From an uncultured delta proteobacterium (GTDB taxonomy: Bacteria; Desulfobacterota; Binatia; UBA9968), in contig CAVUZH010000022.1 in NCBI GenBank assembly GCA_963745835.1, forward strand, positions 1 to 64,000: a DNA stretch of 64,000 nucleotides. Reading direction: 5' to 3'. This document shows, piece after piece, positions 44,425 through 53,071 of this stretch (the first letter of the stretch is position 1; the number at the start of each line of letters is the position of its first letter). The notes beneath the pieces were generated by a model. The model was not told where the DNA came from, made no database searches, and saw only the letters and a list, made by a program, of their open reading frames with translations. The position numbers were made by a program, and so were the translations under genes.

Positions 44425-45477
44425 TCAGTAGAGGCTGCGGAAAAATCCGCTCTCCTCGAATCGTTTGCAGTAGCTCAAATCGGCGATTTCTTCCGGCTTA
44501 ATCTGCGATGCCTTGGCATTTAGCCCGTGCTGCGCCATGAGCTTGAGCATTGCGTTGATTCCCTCCACCGACGGGCAGGGTGGACGCGGAAGATTTGCCA
44601 GCAAGCCTTGATAAGCTTTTTCGACCCGGTCGGGTTTATCGAGGCGCAAATTTCGGCCCAGGCTCCTTAAGACAATCTCCTTATTGGCGGGCTTATGAAG
44701 AAAAGCCGCGCCTTCGACCGTGGCTTTGGCGATATTTTCGACTAACTGCGGATTGGTTTTGATCAAGCTGCGCGGCACGACCAGCCCGGACGATTGGAAC
44801 GGAACACCCTCTTTTCCGAGATCGATCAAAATCCGATAGCCTTCGCTGACCACCACTTGACCGATTTCCGGAGACAAGCTGGTCGCTTCCACACTACCCG
44901 ACCGGAGCGCGCCCATTCGTTCGGGCACACCGCCGATACCCAACAACGTGATTTGGTCGCGCCGCGGCACGAGTCCGAGATGGTCGAGTGACACGTAGGT
45001 TGCCAAAGATGCGGAGCCGGCCGGCGTGCCGATCGCCACTTTTTTGCCCTTTAAATCCTCGGCGCCTTTGATCGTCGGCTTGGCTACGAAAATGTAATCG
45101 AGTTTATTCTCCAGCCCGAGGATCATTGTGAAATCCCCGCCGCCAGTGTTGGCGTTGGTCACATGGGTCCCGCCAACCAGGCCCACCGGCACCTGTCCCG
45201 CCAGCATCGCCTGCATCGCTCGCCCGGCAATGATAAATACCAGGTCCGCATCTATGCCGTACTTGCGAAAAATGCCCTGCTCCTTGGCAATCCACAACGG
45301 CGCAACGTTGTTGCTGATGGCGCCATGCGCGATCAGGAGCTTCGAAGGTTCGGCGCCAACGCTCGGAGAGGCAAGCATCACGAGAACGTAAAATAGAAAA
45401 ATGATCGAAGAACTTGTCAGCTTGGTCCACCGATCTCGCGTACTCGAAAGTCTCCGGCTCAAAGTAAGGATAGCCAA
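44425..45477 (-). CDS. ABC substrate-binding protein (NMT1/SsuA-like)
   Basis: LWIAKEQGIFRKYGID, DLKGKKVAI. Confidence 0.88.
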   Translation of the reverse strand: MAILTLSRRLSSTRDRWTKLTSSSIIFLFYVLVMLASPSVGAEPSKLLIAHGAISNNVAPLWIAKEQGIFRKYGIDADLVFIIAGRAMQAMLAGQVPVGLVGGTHVTNANTGGGDFTMILGLENKLDYIFVAKPTIKGAEDLKGKKVAIGTPAGSASLATYVSLDHLGLVPRRDQITLLGIGGVPERMGALRSGSVEATSLSPEIGQVVVSEGYRILIDLGKEGVPFQSSGLVVPRSLIKTNPQLVENIAKATVEGAAFLHKPANKEIVLRSLGRNLRLDKPDRVEKAYQGLLANLPRPPCPSVEGINAMLKLMAQHGLNAKASQIKPEEIADLSYCKRFEESGFFRSLY

Positions 45478-45495
45478 AATAAACCTCGCTAGTTT

Positions 45496-45861
45496 TTACG
45501 CTTTCCAGCCGTGCACGGAGACATCCACGGGAGTCCCCACCGGGTCCTGCACGCCCATTTCGGCGAATCTACCATCCCGCGGTTTTTTGTACGAATCGCT
45601 TTTCGCGCCCGTGGACGCCGCCGTTTTTAGCGTGCCTTCCAGATCTTCGACCTGGAAACCGAAGTGATCGATTCCCTCACGTCCGCCGCGCGCCGGCAAG
45701 ATCGCCATGTTGATATAACCGTCGGTCAGATAGATCGCGCGGTGGCCGTCTTCTCGCACCGGACCACGCCAGGCTTCGGTCATGCCGAAGGTTTCTTTAT
45801 AAAATGTTGCAGTCCGTTCTTGATCTTCCGCTTTGATGGCGAGATGTCTGATTTTAGCCAT
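45496..45861 (-). CDS. VOC family protein
   Basis: IRHLAI, FYKETFGM, GIDHFGFQV, DPVG. Confidence 0.9.
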   Translation of the reverse strand: MAKIRHLAIKAEDQERTATFYKETFGMTEAWRGPVREDGHRAIYLTDGYINMAILPARGGREGIDHFGFQVEDLEGTLKTAASTGAKSDSYKKPRDGRFAEMGVQDPVGTPVDVSVHGWKA

Positions 45862-45876
45862 ACGTCTGTCCCCCGT

Positions 45877-46863
45877 TTATTTGTTTAACCTTTCTACAAA
45901 TCCGCTTTTTTTAATCTCGTCCAAGAAACTCTTGTTCACATACGGCGCCACAGACTGCGAGCGCGGCACGTTGATCAGATCAAGCTCCGCGCGCAACCCG
46001 TTATCATCCGGGTAAGGCAGCGACACCAGTCCTTCGCGATAATCATCGTACCAGAGCGCGACATGCTCTTCGCTCAAGCCTGCCATATATTTCTGGAGGA
46101 TTTTTATCGTCCCGGCTCGATTGGTTTTAAAATAGTGAATTGCCTCGACATAAGCTTGCACGAACCTGAGCACTGAACCTCGATCCGCTTTGATCTTGCG
46201 CTCGGTAGTTCCGAGCGGGGCGTCCAGCGCATGAAAGCCAAACTCTTTCGAACTCGCGCCTTTGAGAAATCGCGCCTTTCCGCGGAAGACAAGAAGCGCG
46301 CCCGACTCCCCGAGAACGCCGACCTCGATCCTGCCCGCTTCTAGCGCCTGCGACACTCCCGGCGTCCCGCCCATCTGCAGGATGGTGACTTCCGATTCCT
46401 TAATTCCGGATTTTTTGAGTGCGCCGCGGATAAAGGAATCGCCCGCAGAACCATACTGCGTGACGCCAACGGTCTTCCCTCGTATGTCGTTAAACGTCTG
46501 CACGGTTGAATCGGGTTTGAGCAGAACCCTTTGCGAAGAATATCCCGACAGAGATGAAAGGATCACGACATCGGCGCCTTGGGTGCGGGCTCGCACATAT
46601 GCGGGCGCGCCGGCAACGGCATAGTCGAGATCTCCGGCGATCAGAGCCTGGACGGTTCGAGGACTGCCGGGAATCAGCACGACCTCGGCGCTAAAACCGT
46701 GCTTGGCAAGCAAACCCGAATCTTTGGCGATCCAGAACATACCTTGTCCGGGATGGATCGCCACGTGCGCCAAAGTCAGTTTCTGTGCCAGGGTGCTTTG
46801 AGAAAATCCGACGAGAAAAAGCACGCTAATCGAAAGAAACAAAGTTTTCATGGAAGTCTTCAT
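45877..46863 (-). CDS. ABC substrate-binding protein (NMT1/SsuA-like)
   Basis: WIAKDSGLLAKHG, QALIAGDLD, DIRGKTVGV. Confidence 0.88.
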   Translation of the reverse strand: MKTSMKTLFLSISVLFLVGFSQSTLAQKLTLAHVAIHPGQGMFWIAKDSGLLAKHGFSAEVVLIPGSPRTVQALIAGDLDYAVAGAPAYVRARTQGADVVILSSLSGYSSQRVLLKPDSTVQTFNDIRGKTVGVTQYGSAGDSFIRGALKKSGIKESEVTILQMGGTPGVSQALEAGRIEVGVLGESGALLVFRGKARFLKGASSKEFGFHALDAPLGTTERKIKADRGSVLRFVQAYVEAIHYFKTNRAGTIKILQKYMAGLSEEHVALWYDDYREGLVSLPYPDDNGLRAELDLINVPRSQSVAPYVNKSFLDEIKKSGFVERLNK

Positions 46864-46973
46864 AGTAGTTTCGGTGTCCCGGTTTACTGCGGTATTTTTT
46901 CCATGTCAACGGCTGTACCGCCGTCAGATCACTCCATTTAGTTCTTCCTTCGGTAACGCTGCGCTCTCTGTTT

Positions 46974-47924
46974 TCATATATCCGAGGTGCGCGATAAGAC
47001 GCCCGTCGGCAGATCGTTCGGGTCAATCTGATGCGCTAGTTTCTCACATACCGCGGCTAACGCATCGCGCCAATGGCGCATCGGCACCAGGCCAAGCTCT
47101 TCCGAGAGCAGGCAGCGCATCGGCGTGTAGCGAGGACGCGGTGCGATCCTTTGCATGTCGCGCTCGTGGACAACTTCTATAAGAGACCCGAGCTGCTGTT
47201 TTTCGAGCCCCGCCAGGCGTCCCGCTTCGAGAGCGAAATCGTAGTAGGAACAAACGCCCTCGTTGACGATCTGGTAGGTACCGTAATGGCGAAACCTGAG
47301 AATCTCCGAGCAACGAGCGATGAGATCTTCGACATAGGTGGTGCTCGACCAGACATCGTCGATGGCGCGAACGCGCCTGCCGGAGCCGAGATCGTTGTGC
47401 ACAGTGCAGAGAAAGCTGTCCTTGCCGCTACCGTAAACCCATGAAGTGCGGATGACATAACTTTGCGCGCACGCAGCGCGCACGGCTTCTTCACCGGCAA
47501 GCTTGGTCTTGCCGTAGATGTTTACTGGTCGAGGCTGGTCTTTGATCGTGTACGGCGCCCGTCCGATGAGTTCGCCGTCAAAGGCATATTGGGTGCTAAA
47601 TTGAATGATCTCCGCGCCACACCGAGCCGCCGCCTCGGCCAGAAACCCGGCTCCTTCCACGTTCACGGCCGCAGCTTTGGCGGCATCCCGCTCAGCTTCG
47701 TCGACCTGAACCACCGCGCAATTGACAATCAGAGATGGCCGTTCTGCGGCAACACGACTTCTGACCGCTGCCGGATCGGTGATATCGAGATCCTTTCGTT
47801 TCAACGCCAGCACATCATGATCGGTTGCAAATCGCTGCGCTAGATGGTGGCCGATTAGGCCGGCTGCGCCGGTGACGAGTACCTTCACGAAATCGAATGT
47901 AGAACGATGGCGCAGGGCCATCAA
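46974..47924 (-). CDS. rfbD: dTDP-4-dehydrorhamnose reductase (extended SDR); ends uncertain
   Basis: VLVTGAAGLIG, LDITD, VNCA, STQYAFDG, YGKTK, RTSWVYG, APRP. Confidence 0.85.
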   Translation of the reverse strand: MMALRHRSTFDFVKVLVTGAAGLIGHHLAQRFATDHDVLALKRKDLDITDPAAVRSRVAAERPSLIVNCAVVQVDEAERDAAKAAAVNVEGAGFLAEAAARCGAEIIQFSTQYAFDGELIGRAPYTIKDQPRPVNIYGKTKLAGEEAVRAACAQSYVIRTSWVYGSGKDSFLCTVHNDLGSGRRVRAIDDVWSSTTYVEDLIARCSEILRFRHYGTYQIVNEGVCSYYDFALEAGRLAGLEKQQLGSLIEVVHERDMQRIAPRPRYTPMRCLLSEELGLVPMRHWRDALAAVCEKLAHQIDPNDLPTGVLSRTSDI

Positions 47925-47990
47925 GAGTGCAAGGAACCGAAGATCTCGAGGAGAGCGCGCAGCAATGCGCGGCTCGAGGCTAGCAGATTT

Positions 47991-48119
47991 TTACGGAGTG
48001 GGACCTGCGAGAAAAAGCCACATCAAGATCAAACCCAAAGCGGCACCGAGCATCATGTAGACACCTACAATGAAGTTGAGCAGAAGATAGTCCCATTGTT
48101 GCGCGAAGGTCTTCCACAT
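47991..48119 (-). CDS. small single-pass membrane protein (42 aa)
   Basis: MWKTFAQQWDYLLLNFIVGVYMMLGAALGLILMWLFLAGPTP fills the gap in a same-strand run; GGAG upstream. Confidence 0.5.
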   Translation of the reverse strand: MWKTFAQQWDYLLLNFIVGVYMMLGAALGLILMWLFLAGPTP

Positions 48120-48150
48120 AACGCCGGTGCCGCTCCACTGATGTTCGAGC

Positions 48151-48519
48151 CTAGTAGTACTCGTTGCCACGCTGGCGAATTTGTTCGAGCTGCTCGCGCT
48201 GGCGGTTAATTTCCTGCTGATTGCGGTAGATCTGCTGATCCTGTTCGTAGGCCTGATTTTCGCGGCCCTGCAACTGATCGCCGACAACCGCTCCGGCGCC
48301 CAGACCAAGTGCCGCTCCGATAGCTGCGCCCGCGCCGGGATGACGGACCGCGGAACCGATAAGGCCACCGGCGGCTGCGCCGCCCAAAGCGCCAATGCCG
48401 GCGCCTTTCTCACGGGTCGTGAGCCCCCCACCCGCGCACCCGGCTAACAAAGTTCCGCTTACGATGGCTACAGCGGCGATGCCGTTTAGTTTTTTTATCG
48501 CTTTTGTATGTATGCTCAT
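48151..48519 (-). CDS. glycine-zipper lipoprotein
   Basis: Lipobox LLAGC; GAGIGALGGAAAGGLIG...GAAIGAALGLGAGAVVG; coiled-coil tail. Confidence 0.88.
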   Translation of the reverse strand: MSIHTKAIKKLNGIAAVAIVSGTLLAGCAGGGLTTREKGAGIGALGGAAAGGLIGSAVRHPGAGAAIGAALGLGAGAVVGDQLQGRENQAYEQDQQIYRNQQEINRQREQLEQIRQRGNEYY

Positions 48520-48640
48520 GGCCTACTCTCTCCTTTTGCCATTTAGACGAATGAAGCAGAGCTTCGTTTACATTGATCGACTGCACCCTGAAACATCCTA
48601 ACCCTTGTTAATGGTTGGCTTTTGGCGCGGCTGTTAGCGT

Positions 48641-49342
48641 CTAGCGCATTTTCTTGAGCGCCGAAATTCTGTCAATCAATGCGGGGTGGGTCGAGAGAAA
48701 ACCGCCAGCTTGCTGATCGCCCGAGGAACGCTGGATCCAGCCGAGGGTGTCGATCATAACCTCTGGCGGATAACCGATGCGGCGGAGCAGCACAATTGCG
48801 TGTCGGTCGGCGGCATATTCCTCTGTCCGGCTGTGGCCCCGGGTGATCAGTGTTCCAGCTAATGGCGCAATCGCGCCTGAGCCCGGAAGAATGTGTTCGA
48901 GGAGAGCTGCACCGATACTCAAACCGGCGCCGAGCATTTGCGCTTTAACGGCATGCCCCAAATCTTGATGCGCAATCTCATGCGCCATCACTCCCAACAA
49001 ATGATCATCGTTGGCGCGTTGCAGCAAGCCGCTCGTCACGAAGAATTGGCAACCGCCGGCATTGGCAGCATTGATTGTCGGCTCGTTCATGATCTGCACG
49101 CGCAGTTCATCAGGTTGACACGGCCGGTCCATGGCTCCCAACAGCGGAAGTATCGTTCGCCGAAGACGATCTTCGATCCGCGCATCGCCTCCCCGGCTCG
49201 ACTCCGAATATGCCATGGCCGAACCGGCGCGATGCCGCGGCACGGGCGAGTACCTGAACCCGGAAAACACTGCGCTGAGAATTCCGAGGGAAAGCACAAA
49301 CAAGGCGAATCGAAGTTTTAAATTTTTTATCGCCGCTTTCAC
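48641..49342 (-). CDS. M48 family metallopeptidase
   Basis: INAANAGG, VMAHEIAH, SRTEEYAAD, FLSTHP...RI. Confidence 0.9.
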   Translation of the reverse strand: MKAAIKNLKLRFALFVLSLGILSAVFSGFRYSPVPRHRAGSAMAYSESSRGGDARIEDRLRRTILPLLGAMDRPCQPDELRVQIMNEPTINAANAGGCQFFVTSGLLQRANDDHLLGVMAHEIAHQDLGHAVKAQMLGAGLSIGAALLEHILPGSGAIAPLAGTLITRGHSRTEEYAADRHAIVLLRRIGYPPEVMIDTLGWIQRSSGDQQAGGFLSTHPALIDRISALKKMR

Positions 49343-49377
49343 TTCATTGCCTCACATGATCGCCATATCCAGGAGCG

Positions 49378-50262
49378 TCAACTCGACGGACCCGGTGAAT
49401 CCACGGTAGTGGCCGACTGCACGCCGGTCTTATCCTGAACCAACTCCATATAAACGTTGCCGGCAAACATTCTGCTCCAAAGCTTAACCGGGATGCGCCG
49501 CTCATCGGCAGAGACCCAGATAGCAGCTTCATTCACGCGCCCCGCATAACCTTTTTTAGTCAGGTTGGTTAATTTTGGCACAAGTTTAAACGCCTGAATC
49601 ACAGCGCGGGATTCCAGCTCCACCGGCTCCTTCTTTTCCACGTTCAACTCGAGCAAATACTGATGACGACCGCCAAAAACGTGGAAAAACAATTTTTCAC
49701 CGACATTGAAGTCAATGCTGCGCGCAAGGTAGACTGCGGTGATCGGGTCCAAGGTATTGTTCGAGTCAAAATCGTAAACTCTGGGCTTCCTTCCTTCTTG
49801 CCAACGATTGACCGCCCATTTTTTGGCCTTCTGGTCGAACGTGGCCTCGGTATCGATCACGCGAGAATTTTCCCGCTGGCTGAAAACGAACCGCGACGGC
49901 GCCAGCGATTTCGCGTCGAACACTGAAGTGATGGTGTCGCGCATTTTCCAAATCAGGTCCAAACCTTTGGACGTTTTGGCATCAATCCGAACTCGGAAAG
50001 ACTTTTTCCCTTCGAAGATGATCGGTGTCGTTTCGATTTCCGCAGTGGCGACTGGAACGCCGTTCCAACTCGCTCGGTACCATGCTTTCTCGCCGCTCTC
50101 GTAGGGATAGAATTTCGGCTGGTACAGCGGCACGCTTGTGGGAGCCTTTGCCGGTTCCTGAGCGTGCGCCGCTGTCAGGAAAAGCGTTGCTAAAGCCAAC
50201 GCCTTAATAGTAGAAGGGAGTTTAAGCAAGCGCCGCATCATTTTACGGTTTAGACGACTCAT
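49378..50262 (-). CDS. DUF3108 family exported protein (start uncertain)
   Basis: GEKAWYRASWNG, LDPITAVYLAR, IWVSADERRIPVKL. Confidence 0.78.
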   Translation of the reverse strand: MSRLNRKMMRRLLKLPSTIKALALATLFLTAAHAQEPAKAPTSVPLYQPKFYPYESGEKAWYRASWNGVPVATAEIETTPIIFEGKKSFRVRIDAKTSKGLDLIWKMRDTITSVFDAKSLAPSRFVFSQRENSRVIDTEATFDQKAKKWAVNRWQEGRKPRVYDFDSNNTLDPITAVYLARSIDFNVGEKLFFHVFGGRHQYLLELNVEKKEPVELESRAVIQAFKLVPKLTNLTKKGYAGRVNEAAIWVSADERRIPVKLWSRMFAGNVYMELVQDKTGVQSATTVDSPGPSS

Positions 50263-50418
50263 AGATAAAATAGTTACACATTTCGCCACAAAGAAAAGCA
50301 GCGTTGCAATCTCGCCAATAGCGCTTGGAGCGATGAGTAATGACGGCGTTTTATTGCGGCCTGATCATCTTGTGGTTAAAATTGCAGCAATCGCGCACCA
50401 AGAAGGAGAATTCTCATT

Positions 50419-51582
50419 GTGTCATTACTTGCATTAAAGCTGGCAAGGACGTTGTTTTGGCTGGCAATCTTTTCCACAGCTCAACTTACTTCGAGCTTTG
50501 CGCAGGTTGAGCCGCAATCCTCAACGTCATCTGAGTTACCTTCCATCGAGGCGCTGAAATTTTGCCTTACCGGAGCCGAGAGCGCTGTTTGCCTGGACAA
50601 GATTTTCCGCGAAGTCCTAAAAACCGAGTCGACGAAAGCTGCTTTACAGCTCATCCAGCGCTTTGAACTCCAGGATCCTGAGCTGCGCCGCGATTGCCAC
50701 CCCATCGTCCACGCCGTCGGTCGCGAAACCTTCCGAATTAAGGGTAACATCCACGACTCCTTCTCGGCGTGCGATCAAACCTGCCACTCCGGCTGCTACC
50801 ACGGTTCCGTGGAGCGTTTTTTACGCGGCGAGGACATTTATTCTCAAGTCGAGCGCCATCCAAGCCAGGCGGAGCTTAAAGAGAAAGCCGCGGCCGCCTG
50901 CGACTCCGACGTGCCGGTAAGATTGCGTTTTCAATGCCTACACGGTCTCGGCCATGCTCTGATGTTCTTTTCACGCTACAAGCTCGCTCCGTCGCTCGAA
51001 GCATGTGACGGGTTAATCGAAGAATGGAGCCGCCAGTCGTGCTATGGCGGTGTGTTCATGGAAAATGTTTCTAGTTCCACACCGGAACTGCGCGATCTCA
51101 GCCCCACCGACTACCATTATCCCTGCAATAAGGTCGATACTCGCTACCGAGGCGAATGCTATGTGATGCAGACCTCCAGGATGACTGAAATGGGGCTGTC
51201 GGCGTCCAGAATTTTTGAGGAGTGTCAAAAGAGCGGTGAATACGATTTGCCGTGCACACTTTCCATCGGCCGCGATCTTTCCAACGATGTTCGAATCGGC
51301 CAGTCGCGGCCCACCGCGCAGAAATGCGAATCGGTGGCAGGCGCGCGCCGGCTGGCGTGCATGCGCGGCGTGATCTATGCTTTAATCGACAACACCTGGG
51401 ATGGCCGTTATGTGCTGCCCTTCTGCGTTGCCTTCGCGGAGGAAAGCGACCAACAGAGTTGTATAAGAGAAAGCATCGGCTATCTGAAAACGACCTTTCA
51501 AAAATCAGTCGAAGAGATCACCAACGACTGCGCACAGTATCTGGGCCAACCGAAGCGCTGCCTGGATTTGGCATCGCGTTAG
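50419..51582 (+). CDS. exported Cys/His-rich repeat protein of unknown function
   Basis: Signal peptide; CHPIVHAVG, CHSGCYHG, CLHGLGH, CYGGVFMEN motifs; about 20 Cys. Confidence 0.8.
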   Translation: MSLLALKLARTLFWLAIFSTAQLTSSFAQVEPQSSTSSELPSIEALKFCLTGAESAVCLDKIFREVLKTESTKAALQLIQRFELQDPELRRDCHPIVHAVGRETFRIKGNIHDSFSACDQTCHSGCYHGSVERFLRGEDIYSQVERHPSQAELKEKAAAACDSDVPVRLRFQCLHGLGHALMFFSRYKLAPSLEACDGLIEEWSRQSCYGGVFMENVSSSTPELRDLSPTDYHYPCNKVDTRYRGECYVMQTSRMTEMGLSASRIFEECQKSGEYDLPCTLSIGRDLSNDVRIGQSRPTAQKCESVAGARRLACMRGVIYALIDNTWDGRYVLPFCVAFAEESDQQSCIRESIGYLKTTFQKSVEEITNDCAQYLGQPKRCLDLASR

Positions 51583-51719
51583 ACGAAGATCTACTAGCTG
51601 CCACCGTAAACATTATGGCTCGTTCGAGCAATTCCGCGCACGCCTCGGATGATAGCGAAATTCAAGATCAGGAGGGTTTATCTGAAAACGATTAACGCAC
51701 GGTTGTGGTTCTCTAACCG

Positions 51720-52106
51720 ATGACTTCACCGCTTTTGTTGATTGTTGACGATGAATTTGGAGTGCGTGAATCTCTCAAGATGGTTTTTTACAAAGATTTT
51801 CGTCTGATGGAAGCGGATTCAGTAGGGACGGCAATACCGATAGTGCTGGATTCCAAACCGAACGTAGTCCTGCTCGACGTGCTGATGCCGAAAACCGATG
51901 GCATTGAAGCTCTGCGCCGCATCAAGAAAATCGAGCCTGCCTGTGAAGTCATCATGCTGACCGGGGTGAACTCGCAGCAACTTTCCAACGAAGCTTTGAA
52001 CTCCGGAGCCTTCGATTTCGTCGCTAAACCATTCGACGTTGTCGATCTGCGCCAAAAAGTCGCGCGAGCCCTGCAGAAGATCCAGCAGCAAGCAAGTAAA
52101 AGCTAA
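51720..52106 (+). CDS. single-domain response regulator
   Basis: LIVDDE, LLDVLMP, VIMLTG, DFVAKPF. Confidence 0.93.
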   Translation: MTSPLLLIVDDEFGVRESLKMVFYKDFRLMEADSVGTAIPIVLDSKPNVVLLDVLMPKTDGIEALRRIKKIEPACEVIMLTGVNSQQLSNEALNSGAFDFVAKPFDVVDLRQKVARALQKIQQQASKS

Positions 52107-52228
52107 CTGGATGGACGTCGGAAAAGCGGGTTCCATTCACTCCATTCGGGCACGCCTCACAATCGGCTATCCTCCACTTCGGCACAGATTGGACTGAGAA
52201 GAGAATTTGAGATCGCGCGGGTTATTTG

Positions 52229-52906
52229 TTATTTCGGCTGACTGCCTTTTGAAGGATCGGTAAGACCGGATTCGTTCGAAGACTCCGACGGCTCCACTAA
52301 TTGGAACGAGTTGAAGACTGCTCTCAGCAGGGCGTTTTCCTTTTCAGCGCCCGGATCGAAAAAGGCGGTCATCACAAAGCTGATCGAATATGGTTTCGAA
52401 AAGGGGTACGAATGTATACCCGCGACAATAATTGGTTCCCCTGCTTTCATCTTGTTAAGACTCGAGACATAGAATTTGATGGCGGCATCGTTTGAAAGAT
52501 CGGTCTTCTCGCCGAATTTTGTCTCCACAGCGCCGAGATTGCGGGCAACAATCCGGTAGATTTCCTGGGTAGTCTCGTCGATCAGCTTATCGACCCGGGC
52601 GCTGCGCTTGGGATCGGACTGAAACTCCGCCTTGGTGGGATTTTGACCGCGCTTCTCGACGATCACCATGAAGGAGTCGCCGCTAGGTGTTTGCAGCGAG
52701 ACTCGAATGTCGTCATTAGCCGCTCCTTCCGGCAACTTTTTTAGCTTCCAGTGGCCTGGGTACTGGAAACTATAGGCATACTCGGAATCGCGGTACTCTG
52801 CGACCGCCGGTTGTTCCTGAGCGCCAAGGAAGCTCGCCAACTGCGCCGTCAAAAATAACCCGAAAAGCAAGACCGCTGATCCTTTGATCAAAATTTCTGC
52901 TCCCAT
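52229..52906 (-). CDS. exported hypothetical protein (PsbP-like N-terminus)
   Basis: Signal peptide; YRDSEYAYSFQYPGHW. Confidence 0.65.
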   Translation of the reverse strand: MGAEILIKGSAVLLFGLFLTAQLASFLGAQEQPAVAEYRDSEYAYSFQYPGHWKLKKLPEGAANDDIRVSLQTPSGDSFMVIVEKRGQNPTKAEFQSDPKRSARVDKLIDETTQEIYRIVARNLGAVETKFGEKTDLSNDAAIKFYVSSLNKMKAGEPIIVAGIHSYPFSKPYSISFVMTAFFDPGAEKENALLRAVFNSFQLVEPSESSNESGLTDPSKGSQPK

Positions 52907-53071
52907 CGATGTTTTATCAGCCTGAGACTAGCACACGAGACCGATGATGAAAGCCCAAGCAGGAAAGAGCCTATCGCTGTGGCGCAATCGATCGCTGGCG
53001 AGCAAAAACATTGTCCATCGTCGCTTGCCGATATTATCTAAAATAGGTAATTTACGTCGATTGGAGTTTGC

